Notes: a model not told the origin generated them from the sequence alone. A DNA stretch of 32,000 bases from Acinetobacter wanghuae (GCF_009557235.1 NZ_CP045650.1:1680001-1712000); one strand, 5' to 3'; shown: positions 1-11,549, counted from the stretch's first letter. Translations and numbers: made by a program.

Positions 1-20
1 TAATCGCGGGCTTTCGTCTC

Positions 21-828
21 TTTCTAAGCTGCCTATATGGCAGTGAACAGGTGGGGTTTATGATTGATGAAGATTATCAGTTTCTAAGCTGCCTATATGG
101 CAGTGAACAACCACGCTGAACGCATGTTTGATATGTATAATTTCTAAGCTGCCTATATGGCAGTGAACCATTATGGGTATTCATAAGCTTTTAGATGATT
201 TTTCTAAGCTGCCTATATGGCAGTGAACCCAAGGCTGACAAACAAGGGTGGTGGAAACATTTTCTAAGCTGCCTATATGGCAGTGAACTCGATCATCCCA
301 GTCATTCGTTAATTCTATCGTTTCTAAGCTGCCTATATGGCAGTGAACTACTTTGTAGGTTTCTTATCTTTCCCTTGAAATTTCTAAGCTGCCTATATGG
401 CAGTGAACTTGTGTGTCTGATTTTCCGACAGCATCTTAGCTTTCTAAGCTGCCTATATGGCAGTGAACGGCGTGATGTTTAAAACACCACCCTCAACTTT
501 TTTCTAAGCTGCCTATATGGCAGTGAACTTTGATGCATTTACGTTTAAAGAAATTGTTAATTTCTAAGCTGCCTATATGGCAGTGAACTAACAATCCGAA
601 CTTGTGAACCACTTCTAATATTTCTAAGCTGCCTATATGGCAGTGAACCATCAACATAGTAGCAAAACAACCCACGCACATTTCTAAGCTGCCTATATGG
701 CAGTGAACACATCACTGATTCAAGCTTACACCCAAATTTATTTCTAAGCTGCCTATATGGCAGTGAACTAAAATTAAAATCATCAGTACCTTTTGAAATA
801 TTTCTAAGCTGCCTATATGGCAGTGAAC
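21..828 (-). repeat. Block of 14 trailer-side repeats carrying loop variant A13 (GTTCACTGCCATATAGGCAGCTTAGAAA). All 134 later repeats have G13.
   Basis: Read directly. Repeats starting at 21, 81 ... 801 have gcctatatgg, and repeats from 861 onward have gcctacatgg. Confidence 0.95.
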
Positions 829-3563
829 GTTCCGTATTTTTATCGTCACGTAGATCTTCATTTCTAAGCTGCCTACATGGCAGTGAACGAATCAACAATG
901 ATTGAACAGATTGATGCGATTTTCTAAGCTGCCTACATGGCAGTGAACACCATGAAGCGAAAAGCTACCAACTTATAAAATTTCTAAGCTGCCTACATGG
1001 CAGTGAACACACCACAGACACCTTGTAAACGTCTTTGGTTTTTCTAAGCTGCCTACATGGCAGTGAACATTCTGTGATTGGGCTGCAATTGTCTGTGATT
1101 TTTCTAAGCTGCCTACATGGCAGTGAACGTGCTGCGTGGTGAAGAATTCAACTCCGTCATTTTCTAAGCTGCCTACATGGCAGTGAACTCATAACCATTT
1201 TTTGGTTGTCGAGCTTCCGATTTCTAAGCTGCCTACATGGCAGTGAACGGATTGAATGACACCACGCGAGCGGGCAATGATTTCTAAGCTGCCTACATGG
1301 CAGTGAACATTTCTCATTGTTATCTCCAGTGATCGTTACATTTCTAAGCTGCCTACATGGCAGTGAACTTTGGCTTCTCGGAGAGTCCACGTCTTCTAAT
1401 TTTCTAAGCTGCCTACATGGCAGTGAACGTTCCGTATTTTTATCGTCACGTAGATCTTCATTTCTAAGCTGCCTACATGGCAGTGAACTCTTTCCAAAAG
1501 ATCAAGAACTCATTGCATAATTTCTAAGCTGCCTACATGGCAGTGAACTTAGGGGGTAAATAATATGTATTTTTCAGATTTTTCTAAGCTGCCTACATGG
1601 CAGTGAACTGGAAAGTGGCATATTTCCTTTTAAGCATTCATTTCTAAGCTGCCTACATGGCAGTGAACGTAAACCATACGAAATTGAACGTGCAGGCACA
1701 TTTCTAAGCTGCCTACATGGCAGTGAACCCTCGACGCTCTTAACGTCTGGCGATTCATCATTTCTAAGCTGCCTACATGGCAGTGAACTGTTTGATCCAT
1801 CCTCAAGCGTTGCCTTGACTTTTCTAAGCTGCCTACATGGCAGTGAACCCGTGTGCTATGAAGTCGATGAGCCACAGCCTTTTCTAAGCTGCCTACATGG
1901 CAGTGAACAAGTTATCGTTTATCTACCCCGTCCTTCCCCAATTTCTAAGCTGCCTACATGGCAGTGAACTTATACGATGCCTAAGGCTGATAAACAGGGA
2001 TTTTCTAAGCTGCCTACATGGCAGTGAACCAAGAAGGATTTAAAAAAGCAAAAGTAAAGAATTTCTAAGCTGCCTACATGGCAGTGAACATTTTTAATAG
2101 CGGCTTTTTATCGGTTACATATTTCTAAGCTGCCTACATGGCAGTGAACACAAGCTCATCAGTTACCCGATGATTGTACTTTTTCTAAGCTGCCTACATG
2201 GCAGTGAACCAGTGATGTACACCAAATCGGCAGTGCATTTCTTTCTAAGCTGCCTACATGGCAGTGAACTTATACGATGCCTAAGGCTGATAAACAGGGA
2301 TTTTCTAAGCTGCCTACATGGCAGTGAACGAACAACTGGCTTTTTCCACCCGTTTTCCTTGTTTCTAAGCTGCCTACATGGCAGTGAACTATTTGTTGTA
2401 ATCTTGGGTATTGGAGCATCATTTCTAAGCTGCCTACATGGCAGTGAACCAAAAAACCATTAATGAAATTCGTCGTGAAGATTTCTAAGCTGCCTACATG
2501 GCAGTGAACGGCATACAGTCTTTTTTTAAGGATGACCGCATTTTCTAAGCTGCCTACATGGCAGTGAACTTTTAGCAATATCAGCGCTTGAAGTTGCGGA
2601 CTTTCTAAGCTGCCTACATGGCAGTGAACTAGCAGGGGATAGATTGAATCCATACATACCTTTTCTAAGCTGCCTACATGGCAGTGAACGTTGTATAAGA
2701 CTCTTTGCCAGATCGGGTGTATTTCTAAGCTGCCTACATGGCAGTGAACATACGATCGTTTAGGATCTTGACGCGATGCAATTTCTAAGCTGCCTACATG
2801 GCAGTGAACGGGAGTCTTAGAAATGCGTGTTCTCTTTACTTTTTCTAAGCTGCCTACATGGCAGTGAACGGGAGTCTTAGAAATGCGTGTTCTCTTTACT
2901 TTTTCTAAGCTGCCTACATGGCAGTGAACAGCAATACATTGATTTTCTTATCCTTGCCTGTTTTCTAAGCTGCCTACATGGCAGTGAACATATCCATTTT
3001 GTCTTTATAAGAATCAGTAATATTTCTAAGCTGCCTACATGGCAGTGAACCAGCTCAGGCGCGCCGTAGCTCAGGTGTAAGCTTTCTAAGCTGCCTACAT
3101 GGCAGTGAACAACAACCAAGCAATCCCGATAGGGTTGCGTATTTTCTAAGCTGCCTACATGGCAGTGAACAGCACGTTACCAATGCCGCCAAGCCCAGCT
3201 TTGTTTCTAAGCTGCCTACATGGCAGTGAACTGCGCATCGCATTAGAACGTGGATATATCGGATTTCTAAGCTGCCTACATGGCAGTGAACATCTACTAT
3301 GTACGTTGGCGCCAGTTCAAGAATTTCTAAGCTGCCTACATGGCAGTGAACCAGACGCACTACAAGCTCAGTGACTTAAGAACTTTCTAAGCTGCCTACA
3401 TGGCAGTGAACAAAGTACCGCCTTGCTGTTGACTCTCGTCTTGTTTCTAAGCTGCCTACATGGCAGTGAACTTTCGGCAATACACTTCTCGCGGACTTGG
3501 GGATTTCTAAGCTGCCTACATGGCAGTGAACTTGTTGACTGTCCTGTACAGATGTTTTCTTAT

Positions 3564-3591
3564 TTTCTAAGATGCCTACATGGCAGTGAAC
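3564..3591 (-). repeat. Single aberrant repeat with c>a at 3572, which is G20>T in crRNA orientation, the last stem base at the Cas6f cleavage site.
   Basis: Sequence reads tttctaagAtgcctacatggcagtgaac. It is the only repeat seen with this change, and the ORF track shows FLRCLHGSE instead of FLSCLHGSE. Confidence 0.9.
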
Positions 3592-6500
3592 GGTTCGGTC
3601 TAACTGCTTCTGTATCCGATGTGTTTCTAAGCTGCCTACATGGCAGTGAACATGACACGGTATTATTATTTGGATTTATTAGCTTTCTAAGCTGCCTACA
3701 TGGCAGTGAACAACCATCCCTTCATGCAGAACTTCAAGCCAAATTTCTAAGCTGCCTACATGGCAGTGAACATTTTGAGCGGTTAACGGCTATCAAGTAA
3801 TATTTTCTAAGCTGCCTACATGGCAGTGAACAAGACGGTTTAAACTGCTATAACTGGACCGTTTTTCTAAGCTGCCTACATGGCAGTGAACTTATATCTA
3901 AGCAACACAATTGTTTAGCTATATTTCTAAGCTGCCTACATGGCAGTGAACCATTCATGCTTCCAAACGACCTAATTGATAAATTTCTAAGCTGCCTACA
4001 TGGCAGTGAACACTGAGGAGGAGGCAACGACCGACCGAAAGGATTTCTAAGCTGCCTACATGGCAGTGAACAGTTAATAGACATATTTTCAGAAGATTGG
4101 AAATTTCTAAGCTGCCTACATGGCAGTGAACTGCATGGGGGCGCAATGAAAGATTTAATAACATTTCTAAGCTGCCTACATGGCAGTGAACCAAACCATC
4201 GACAATAAGCTCTCTGTTGTTATTTTCTAAGCTGCCTACATGGCAGTGAACTATGTTTTTACCTAAAAAGCTAAATTCAACACTTTCTAAGCTGCCTACA
4301 TGGCAGTGAACCACCTTTGTGCGCATTCATCCACACATGAAGCTTTCTAAGCTGCCTACATGGCAGTGAACCAGCTCAATGGCAGCCCTGAAGCGATCGA
4401 TACTTTCTAAGCTGCCTACATGGCAGTGAACCAAAACGCATTATTGAACTTCATCACTTGCTTTTTCTAAGCTGCCTACATGGCAGTGAACCTATAACGT
4501 CTGCAGGGTTGGCATCCGGTTTATTTCTAAGCTGCCTACATGGCAGTGAACGAGAAATCCTGAACGATGCATACGCTGTACGTTTTCTAAGCTGCCTACA
4601 TGGCAGTGAACGAGTGGCTACTTTATCAGATTTGTAATTTTGTTTTCTAAGCTGCCTACATGGCAGTGAACCATAAACCTGTTCGCCCTTTTTATCTTTA
4701 ACATTTCTAAGCTGCCTACATGGCAGTGAACTTAAATAAAAATGGCAGAACTACGTATTTTTTTTTCTAAGCTGCCTACATGGCAGTGAACCCAAAGCCA
4801 GCTCAAGACGTACCGCACCCAATTTTCTAAGCTGCCTACATGGCAGTGAACAGGTATAGTCGTACATTCGACCGAATCAGCTATTTCTAAGCTGCCTACA
4901 TGGCAGTGAACATAAAATATCAATAATTGTTACGGGTGTTACGTTTCTAAGCTGCCTACATGGCAGTGAACACGGCATGATAAAATCTAAAAATTGCTTC
5001 ATTTTTCTAAGCTGCCTACATGGCAGTGAACAACCAAATCAAAAATTAGGTGATGACCTAAAATTTCTAAGCTGCCTACATGGCAGTGAACTGAACCACA
5101 CTGATTGGACCTTAAATTTATTTTTTCTAAGCTGCCTACATGGCAGTGAACCAACACCTGCGTCAATTTTTCGTGCTTTATCATTTCTAAGCTGCCTACA
5201 TGGCAGTGAACTTTTCCACTTCAAGCGAAGCCATGTAGCAAGATTTCTAAGCTGCCTACATGGCAGTGAACAAGCATATAAGCGCTGCCATATTTCAAAC
5301 GGTTTTCTAAGCTGCCTACATGGCAGTGAACTAAAGAGAAGATTGAGCACACAGGCGCAGATGTTTCTAAGCTGCCTACATGGCAGTGAACGCGTGCTTG
5401 ATAGTTTAAAGGAGGTGTCGTGATTTTCTAAGCTGCCTACATGGCAGTGAACAAAATGGCATTGAGCTTGCCCGTGACTACCTATTTCTAAGCTGCCTAC
5501 ATGGCAGTGAACATAAAAAACACTTGGCCCGTTTACGTGCGCATTTTCTAAGCTGCCTACATGGCAGTGAACACTAAAGCTGCTGTAAATCTTGGGCTTA
5601 GTTGGTTTCTAAGCTGCCTACATGGCAGTGAACGATTATGAATATCAACCAAGGCAACAACCTTTTTTCTAAGCTGCCTACATGGCAGTGAACTTTTACC
5701 AGCAGGATTTACACATTTTCCTGACTTTCTAAGCTGCCTACATGGCAGTGAACAATTACTTTAGTGGGTGCAAAAACGACTGATTTTTCTAAGCTGCCTA
5801 CATGGCAGTGAACAGACGCGGAATTAGAAGATGCTTTTTCTAATTTTTCTAAGCTGCCTACATGGCAGTGAACAGCTTGTGCTTGTTCAAGTGCTGCATG
5901 CCTGCTTTCTAAGCTGCCTACATGGCAGTGAACAGATAGCGAAATCTCATATTTCGGCACAGCTTTTTCTAAGCTGCCTACATGGCAGTGAACTTCCAAA
6001 GGAAGGAACATGGCTGCTCGATGGTTTTCTAAGCTGCCTACATGGCAGTGAACATAATTTTAACATTGGTACGGGGATTGCTTCGTTTCTAAGCTGCCTA
6101 CATGGCAGTGAACCTGCTATGGCATCCTCTGCTGTGATGAAGCTTTTTCTAAGCTGCCTACATGGCAGTGAACAAGGAAAACGGGTGGAAAAAGCCAGTT
6201 GTTCATTTCTAAGCTGCCTACATGGCAGTGAACAATCAAACATCGATATTATCCTTTAAAATGGTTTTCTAAGCTGCCTACATGGCAGTGAACACCGTCC
6301 TGCTTGATCGACTAGGTGGCAACAATTTCTAAGCTGCCTACATGGCAGTGAACTCGCCCGCGCAGAAGCCATCGACGAAATGACATTTCTAAGCTGCCTA
6401 CATGGCAGTGAACGCGAAAGGCTGATCCCTTCGCGTGAAATGATTTTTCTAAGCTGCCTACATGGCAGTGAACGCTGTATCACTAAATCCGCTCCAAATA

Positions 6501-8877
6501 TCCTTTTTCTAAGCTGCCTACATGGCAGTGAACTCTCATGCGTTAGTTTGATTTCTCAAGATATTTTTTCTAAGCTGCCTACATGGCAGTGAACTCTACA
6601 ACAGCGAACTGACCAAAATATTCTTTTTTCTAAGCTGCCTACATGGCAGTGAACCCTTAATGCGTATTCGCGTCTCTACGTTGTCATTTCTAAGCTGCCT
6701 ACATGGCAGTGAACATTGGATCGTGTTCGTTCTCTTATCCGTGACTTTTTCTAAGCTGCCTACATGGCAGTGAACAAGATGTTTTGAGATATAGAAGCGA
6801 AGTTCTATTTCTAAGCTGCCTACATGGCAGTGAACCGGTTTGTGTTCCCAATGTCGGTGATCTTGAATTTCTAAGCTGCCTACATGGCAGTGAACTGTCT
6901 TTCACATTTTAAAGTTGGGATTTTGTCTTTCTAAGCTGCCTACATGGCAGTGAACAAAAATTAGTCAATGTGGGTGGTGCTGCTTCATTTCTAAGCTGCC
7001 TACATGGCAGTGAACTGAACTCATACACACACAACGTGCTATCAAGTTTTCTAAGCTGCCTACATGGCAGTGAACGTAGTTCAAATGTGAGTGGTGTGAA
7101 AGCACCGTTTCTAAGCTGCCTACATGGCAGTGAACTCGTGTACGATCTCTTCGTCGTAAGTAACGATTTTCTAAGCTGCCTACATGGCAGTGAACTCATT
7201 TCCACACAAGCAATTGAACTCTATAAATTTCTAAGCTGCCTACATGGCAGTGAACAGTTGCCCTTCGGATTCACGCAACACAGGAATTTTCTAAGCTGCC
7301 TACATGGCAGTGAACATTGCAGATATTTTAGATCTGCCTTTGCCGGCTTTCTAAGCTGCCTACATGGCAGTGAACCAATGAAAGAGCTTGTCGCAGCGAT
7401 TGCTTCGTTTCTAAGCTGCCTACATGGCAGTGAACACGTCAGCACGGATTTTTTGATAACGGGCCAATTTCTAAGCTGCCTACATGGCAGTGAACAAGAC
7501 TTTTGCCCGAACCAGGTGTTGCAGATATTTCTAAGCTGCCTACATGGCAGTGAACTGGAAAAAGAAAACGCCATGTCCCGCTTGTGGTTTTCTAAGCTGC
7601 CTACATGGCAGTGAACCAGAAACCCAAGAACATCAAGACGATGTTGAATTTCTAAGCTGCCTACATGGCAGTGAACTTCTTGAATGCGTTCCATTTCTGC
7701 ATGTCTGCTTTCTAAGCTGCCTACATGGCAGTGAACCCAGACTACACAATCAAGCCGTATGATCGAACTTTCTAAGCTGCCTACATGGCAGTGAACGAGA
7801 AGCGGTTTGAGAATTATCAAGTTGATTATTTCTAAGCTGCCTACATGGCAGTGAACAAAAAGGTCAGTTGGCTGATCTTGCGGAAAGTTTTCTAAGCTGC
7901 CTACATGGCAGTGAACCGTCACGAATATCTAAACCATATTCCATTGTATTTCTAAGCTGCCTACATGGCAGTGAACAGAATGCCTTCTTCATATAAACGC
8001 GCCCATACATTTCTAAGCTGCCTACATGGCAGTGAACACAAGTCCGTACTTTGCCTAAAAATTGCGATTTTTCTAAGCTGCCTACATGGCAGTGAACGAG
8101 TGATTGTTTGCCCCACATCTTTACCACTCTTTCTAAGCTGCCTACATGGCAGTGAACCTCTTTACACTCATGTTGTTAAAACTGCTCAATTTCTAAGCTG
8201 CCTACATGGCAGTGAACTGTATTGACAGCTCGGAAAGACGGCATGTTCATTTCTAAGCTGCCTACATGGCAGTGAACAATTTACCGTTGAAGAGGTCTGC
8301 CGTTATTACTTTCTAAGCTGCCTACATGGCAGTGAACGCAACGTTGGCATCTGGCACAATCACACCACCTTTCTAAGCTGCCTACATGGCAGTGAACTGT
8401 ATTGACAGCTCGGAAAGACGGCATGTTCATTTCTAAGCTGCCTACATGGCAGTGAACGAATTACAGAAGCGGATTGATGATGCTTTAGATTTCTAAGCTG
8501 CCTACATGGCAGTGAACAATATCAAGTTCGTGCTTTTGAAGTTACTCACTTTCTAAGCTGCCTACATGGCAGTGAACCTAGAATGTCCGGAGTGATTAAA
8601 CTCTCCAGTTTTCTAAGCTGCCTACATGGCAGTGAACATTCGTTCAATTCGCAGACATAACAAAAATGTTTTCTAAGCTGCCTACATGGCAGTGAACCTT
8701 TCAGTGCTGCATTAATTGTCATTGGCGTTTTTCTAAGCTGCCTACATGGCAGTGAACCAAAAGCAACCTGTTTCAGATGCTGAAATGGATTTCTAAGCTG
8801 CCTACATGGCAGTGAACATTAAATAATTCAGGTTCTTCAATTTTCTTCTTTTCTAAGCTGCCTACATGGCAGTGAAC

Positions 8878-9008
8878 TGTGATTTTAATGCAAAAAATAA
8901 AGCTATAACAGTGATTTAACCCTTAAATCTTTTACAAGACCCAAGTTTTAAACCACTATCATAACCTATTGATTTTATTAAGCTGTTAAAGAGTATAAAA
9001 ATGTTGGG
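8878..9008 (-). promoter_or_regulatory. CRISPR leader: AT-rich 131 bp between the cas6f stop and the first repeat, with the presumed array promoter.
   Basis: Position between cas6f and the leader-proximal canonical repeat. It is AT-rich and non-coding. No promoter hexamers could be assigned confidently. Confidence 0.7.
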
Positions 9009-9623
9009 TTAAAATTCAGGTATAGAAGATACCGAACTTAATCCATAAGTACTAAAAACCTGAGTTCCAGATTTTTCAGCAGGTTGCTTTTCTATAAATA
9101 ATTTAAACCTTTTTTCACTTTGCTGATCTGAAGTGCTTAGACTTTTCATTTCGACATAAGGCAAATTCGTTATGGTGACTACAATATTATATCGTGCTAA
9201 TGCTTCATCAAAGCCAATATCGCCACGCTTTACACGATGACGTGCCAAACGCTGGGCATTGGTTTTGACTTGTTTTCGCTTATAAATTGCATAACCCTTG
9301 ATATCACTAGGTACTTCACGGATAGAGGTAATATGTACATAATCTTCTAAACGCTCCAACCAACGTCGAATATCCAATTTTTTTAAATCATCTTCAGATT
9401 GTGCAAATAAACGCAGTTTTCTTCCTAAATTGATCTTTGCTTTTTGGTTATCTACTTTTTCCTCAAAAATATATTGGGGAAAAGAAACACCTATGCTCAC
9501 CTTATCTGATTCATCTTTTATTTCAGCCAATGCGATATGCAGTTGTGTATAGAGCTTAGACCAAATGAAATAAGGGGAAATTTCAGCTTGATCAATCAAG
9601 GTAATTTCCTGATAAAATTTCAT
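9009..9623 (-). CDS. cas6f: Cas6f (Csy4) crRNA endoribonuclease
   Basis: 204-aa ORF, last gene of the csy operon, directly upstream of the leader and array. Size and N-terminal pattern (MKFYQEITLI...LYTQLHIALAE) are typical of Csy4. Confidence 0.9.
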   Translation of the reverse strand: MKFYQEITLIDQAEISPYFIWSKLYTQLHIALAEIKDESDKVSIGVSFPQYIFEEKVDNQKAKINLGRKLRLFAQSEDDLKKLDIRRWLERLEDYVHITSIREVPSDIKGYAIYKRKQVKTNAQRLARHRVKRGDIGFDEALARYNIVVTITNLPYVEMKSLSTSDQQSEKRFKLFIEKQPAEKSGTQVFSTYGLSSVSSIPEF

Positions 9624-9625
9624 AA

Positions 9626-10636
9626 TTAATCCTTAGAGCTTTGACCAAAGACACCACCACGCACAAGCACAGCCATTACATAATGTTCTTGCTCTGTATT
9701 TTCCAAGCTTTCGCCTAAAGCATATTTATCAAATAAGCTAAAAAAGTCTTGTTTAGCTTTTGGTGTACGATAGGCTTTACCTAAATTAGTAACAGCACCA
9801 TAAGGTTCAATTGCAATGGCTGATTTTTGCTCTTCAAACTCTGGATACCACGTATCAATGGTACGTAATGCATTACCTATTTTTTGAGAATGCATAGCAG
9901 CGACGCTATTCACTTGATAGAGGATTTTACTCTTATCTCCCTTACCCTTATCCAAAACCAGTTCTTCACTTGGGTAAACTTCTTGAGCTTTACCGACTAA
10001 AGCATAGGCTTCAACTTTGATTAATAAGTAAGGTAGTTCACCTTTAAAAGCTTGTGCAATTTGATCTGCAAGATTCTGCACCTTAGCATCTACGCTATCA
10101 AAATCATGTAATTTATAATCAAAGGCATTAAACGTAACAGATTCTTGATCATTCACCGTCACGACGACTTCAATTTTTTCTGCACCAACACGGTTACGCC
10201 ATAAAAAGCGGGCATTGGCAATATTTAAAGCATAGCGTTTAGCTAACTCAGCAAAACCATGAGTTTGAATATAGTTTTTTGCTACTTCTTTGTATGAATT
10301 TAGAAATGTTTCATTATTACATGCTGAAGGTTGTTCAATACCACCTAAAACTTTTAACGTGAATGCAACTTTTAATGTATCTTGATGCTCTGCTAATGCA
10401 CATGCATCAACAATTTGAAGATTAGCATTTTCCACTTTCGCATCTAATTTTAATGGATCAGCATCAGCAGCCTTTAAACGGTTTGAGATTGTGCCACGCA
10501 CTGACTTTTCAATCAGCTTTAAAGCCGATTGTTCTGTACGATTTTCCCATGTTGTCCCATAAAAATAACCATCTGATGGAACAAGTTTTTTTTCAAATGC
10601 AAGAACGCTTGCAACTGCTTTTTCATTTTTAGCCAT
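9626..10636 (-). CDS. csy3: Cas7f (Csy3) Cascade backbone subunit
   Basis: 336 aa. The N-terminal SVLAFEKKLVPSDG motif is characteristic of Csy3. Operon position is between csy2 and cas6f. Confidence 0.9.
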   Translation of the reverse strand: MAKNEKAVASVLAFEKKLVPSDGYFYGTTWENRTEQSALKLIEKSVRGTISNRLKAADADPLKLDAKVENANLQIVDACALAEHQDTLKVAFTLKVLGGIEQPSACNNETFLNSYKEVAKNYIQTHGFAELAKRYALNIANARFLWRNRVGAEKIEVVVTVNDQESVTFNAFDYKLHDFDSVDAKVQNLADQIAQAFKGELPYLLIKVEAYALVGKAQEVYPSEELVLDKGKGDKSKILYQVNSVAAMHSQKIGNALRTIDTWYPEFEEQKSAIAIEPYGAVTNLGKAYRTPKAKQDFFSLFDKYALGESLENTEQEHYVMAVLVRGGVFGQSSKD

Positions 10637-10664
10637 GAGTATTTTTCCTTTTATAAAGTTTCAA

Positions 10665-11549
10665 TTAATGTATATTTTGGTTTTGACACAGATATAAGTT
10701 ATTTTCTAAATCAACATGGTATTGCCATAAAAGCTGGTCAATACTTTCAATCCGATATGGCATCACAAATTCACCTAGGGTCAGCACACTTTCTGCAAAA
10801 CGGTGTGGTGTATTGACATCCCGTTGGTTTTTTGCTTTTCCAAGTTCAGAAATCCCCTGAAAACCCACTGCAATAGGAACAAGCCAGCCTTGTGCTTTAC
10901 GTTTTGATATCCAAGCCACTTTTCCATCTTCATCTTGAGTTGAACTATGTGTGACTTTGAGATAATCCAAGACGCTATCTAAAGCATCTTTGCCCTCTTG
11001 CATGCTTTGCATCACTAAATCACGACGCTCAATCAGCACATGCCCAAGCATCAACTTATTTAAAATTGGACGTAGTTGCTGTGACTGATCTTCATCATCA
11101 TCAAAATTTAAGATTGTGCATGGCTTTGCTGAAAGAACATCACCACTCGCAAATTTCATACTTGCCACAATGCCCTTAACAAGGTCTAAAAGTTGATCTC
11201 TCTGTCTTTTAGATGAACTTTCAATTTCAACCAATAAAGATACTTCTAAATGACAACGTGCTTCTTCAATAAAAGCTGGTCGATTACCATCTTTATCTAA
11301 AGGATTAGCCGTACCAACGATTGAATGTACAAAATCGCCACGCCCCTTATAGGTTTGCAAATTAAAATCATGGCAACTTACAGCCACTTTATTCAAGTGA
11401 AGATCACAGCCTTGTTGCTTAAGTTTACGTTGGAGTGCATGAACTGCACCCAACCATGCGGTCATTGCAGGAAAACCAATCGTATAAGGACTGCTCATCG
11501 CATTGGCATTATGAAGTTTAAGATGCGGAATGAGTAAAAAATGGCGCAT
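10665..11549 (-). CDS. csy2: Cas5f (Csy2)
   Basis: 294 aa with the conserved position between csy1 and csy3. Its start overlaps the csy1 stop by 1 nt (TAATG). Confidence 0.85.
   Translation of the reverse strand: MRHFLLIPHLKLHNANAMSSPYTIGFPAMTAWLGAVHALQRKLKQQGCDLHLNKVAVSCHDFNLQTYKGRGDFVHSIVGTANPLDKDGNRPAFIEEARCHLEVSLLVEIESSSKRQRDQLLDLVKGIVASMKFASGDVLSAKPCTILNFDDDEDQSQQLRPILNKLMLGHVLIERRDLVMQSMQEGKDALDSVLDYLKVTHSSTQDEDGKVAWISKRKAQGWLVPIAVGFQGISELGKAKNQRDVNTPHRFAESVLTLGEFVMPYRIESIDQLLWQYHVDLENNLYLCQNQNIH

Larger units (their letters stand above)
1..8877 (-). CRISPR. Type I-F CRISPR array: 148 repeats of 28 nt, 147 complete spacers (138 of 32 nt, 9 of 33 nt) plus a partial spacer at 1-20. The array continues beyond the left window edge.
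   Basis: Plus-strand unit tttctaagctgcctacatggcagtgaac recurs with 60/61-nt periodicity, first at 21-48 and last at 8850-8877. The reverse complement GTTCACTGCCATGTAGGCAGCTTAGAAA is a canonical I-F repeat with stem CTGCC/GGCAG and 8-nt handle CTTAGAAA. It lies next to a csy operon on the same strand. Confidence 0.98.

Noticed and set aside
229-2001. Partial similarity between spacer 229-260 (ccaaggctgacaaacaaggg...) and spacer 1970-2001 (...cctaaggctgataaacaggg)
   Set aside because: Only about 14 of 15 bases match, with an indel. My rough estimate gives about one such hit by chance among all spacer pairs, so shared targeting cannot be claimed.
195-8225. Dozens of 60-230-aa ORFs on both strands with recurring FLSCLHGSE, SLPCRQLRN and VHCHVGSLE peptides
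   Set aside because: They are translations of the 28-nt CRISPR repeat in different frames, so the periodic peptide motif simply mirrors the repeat. They are not genes.
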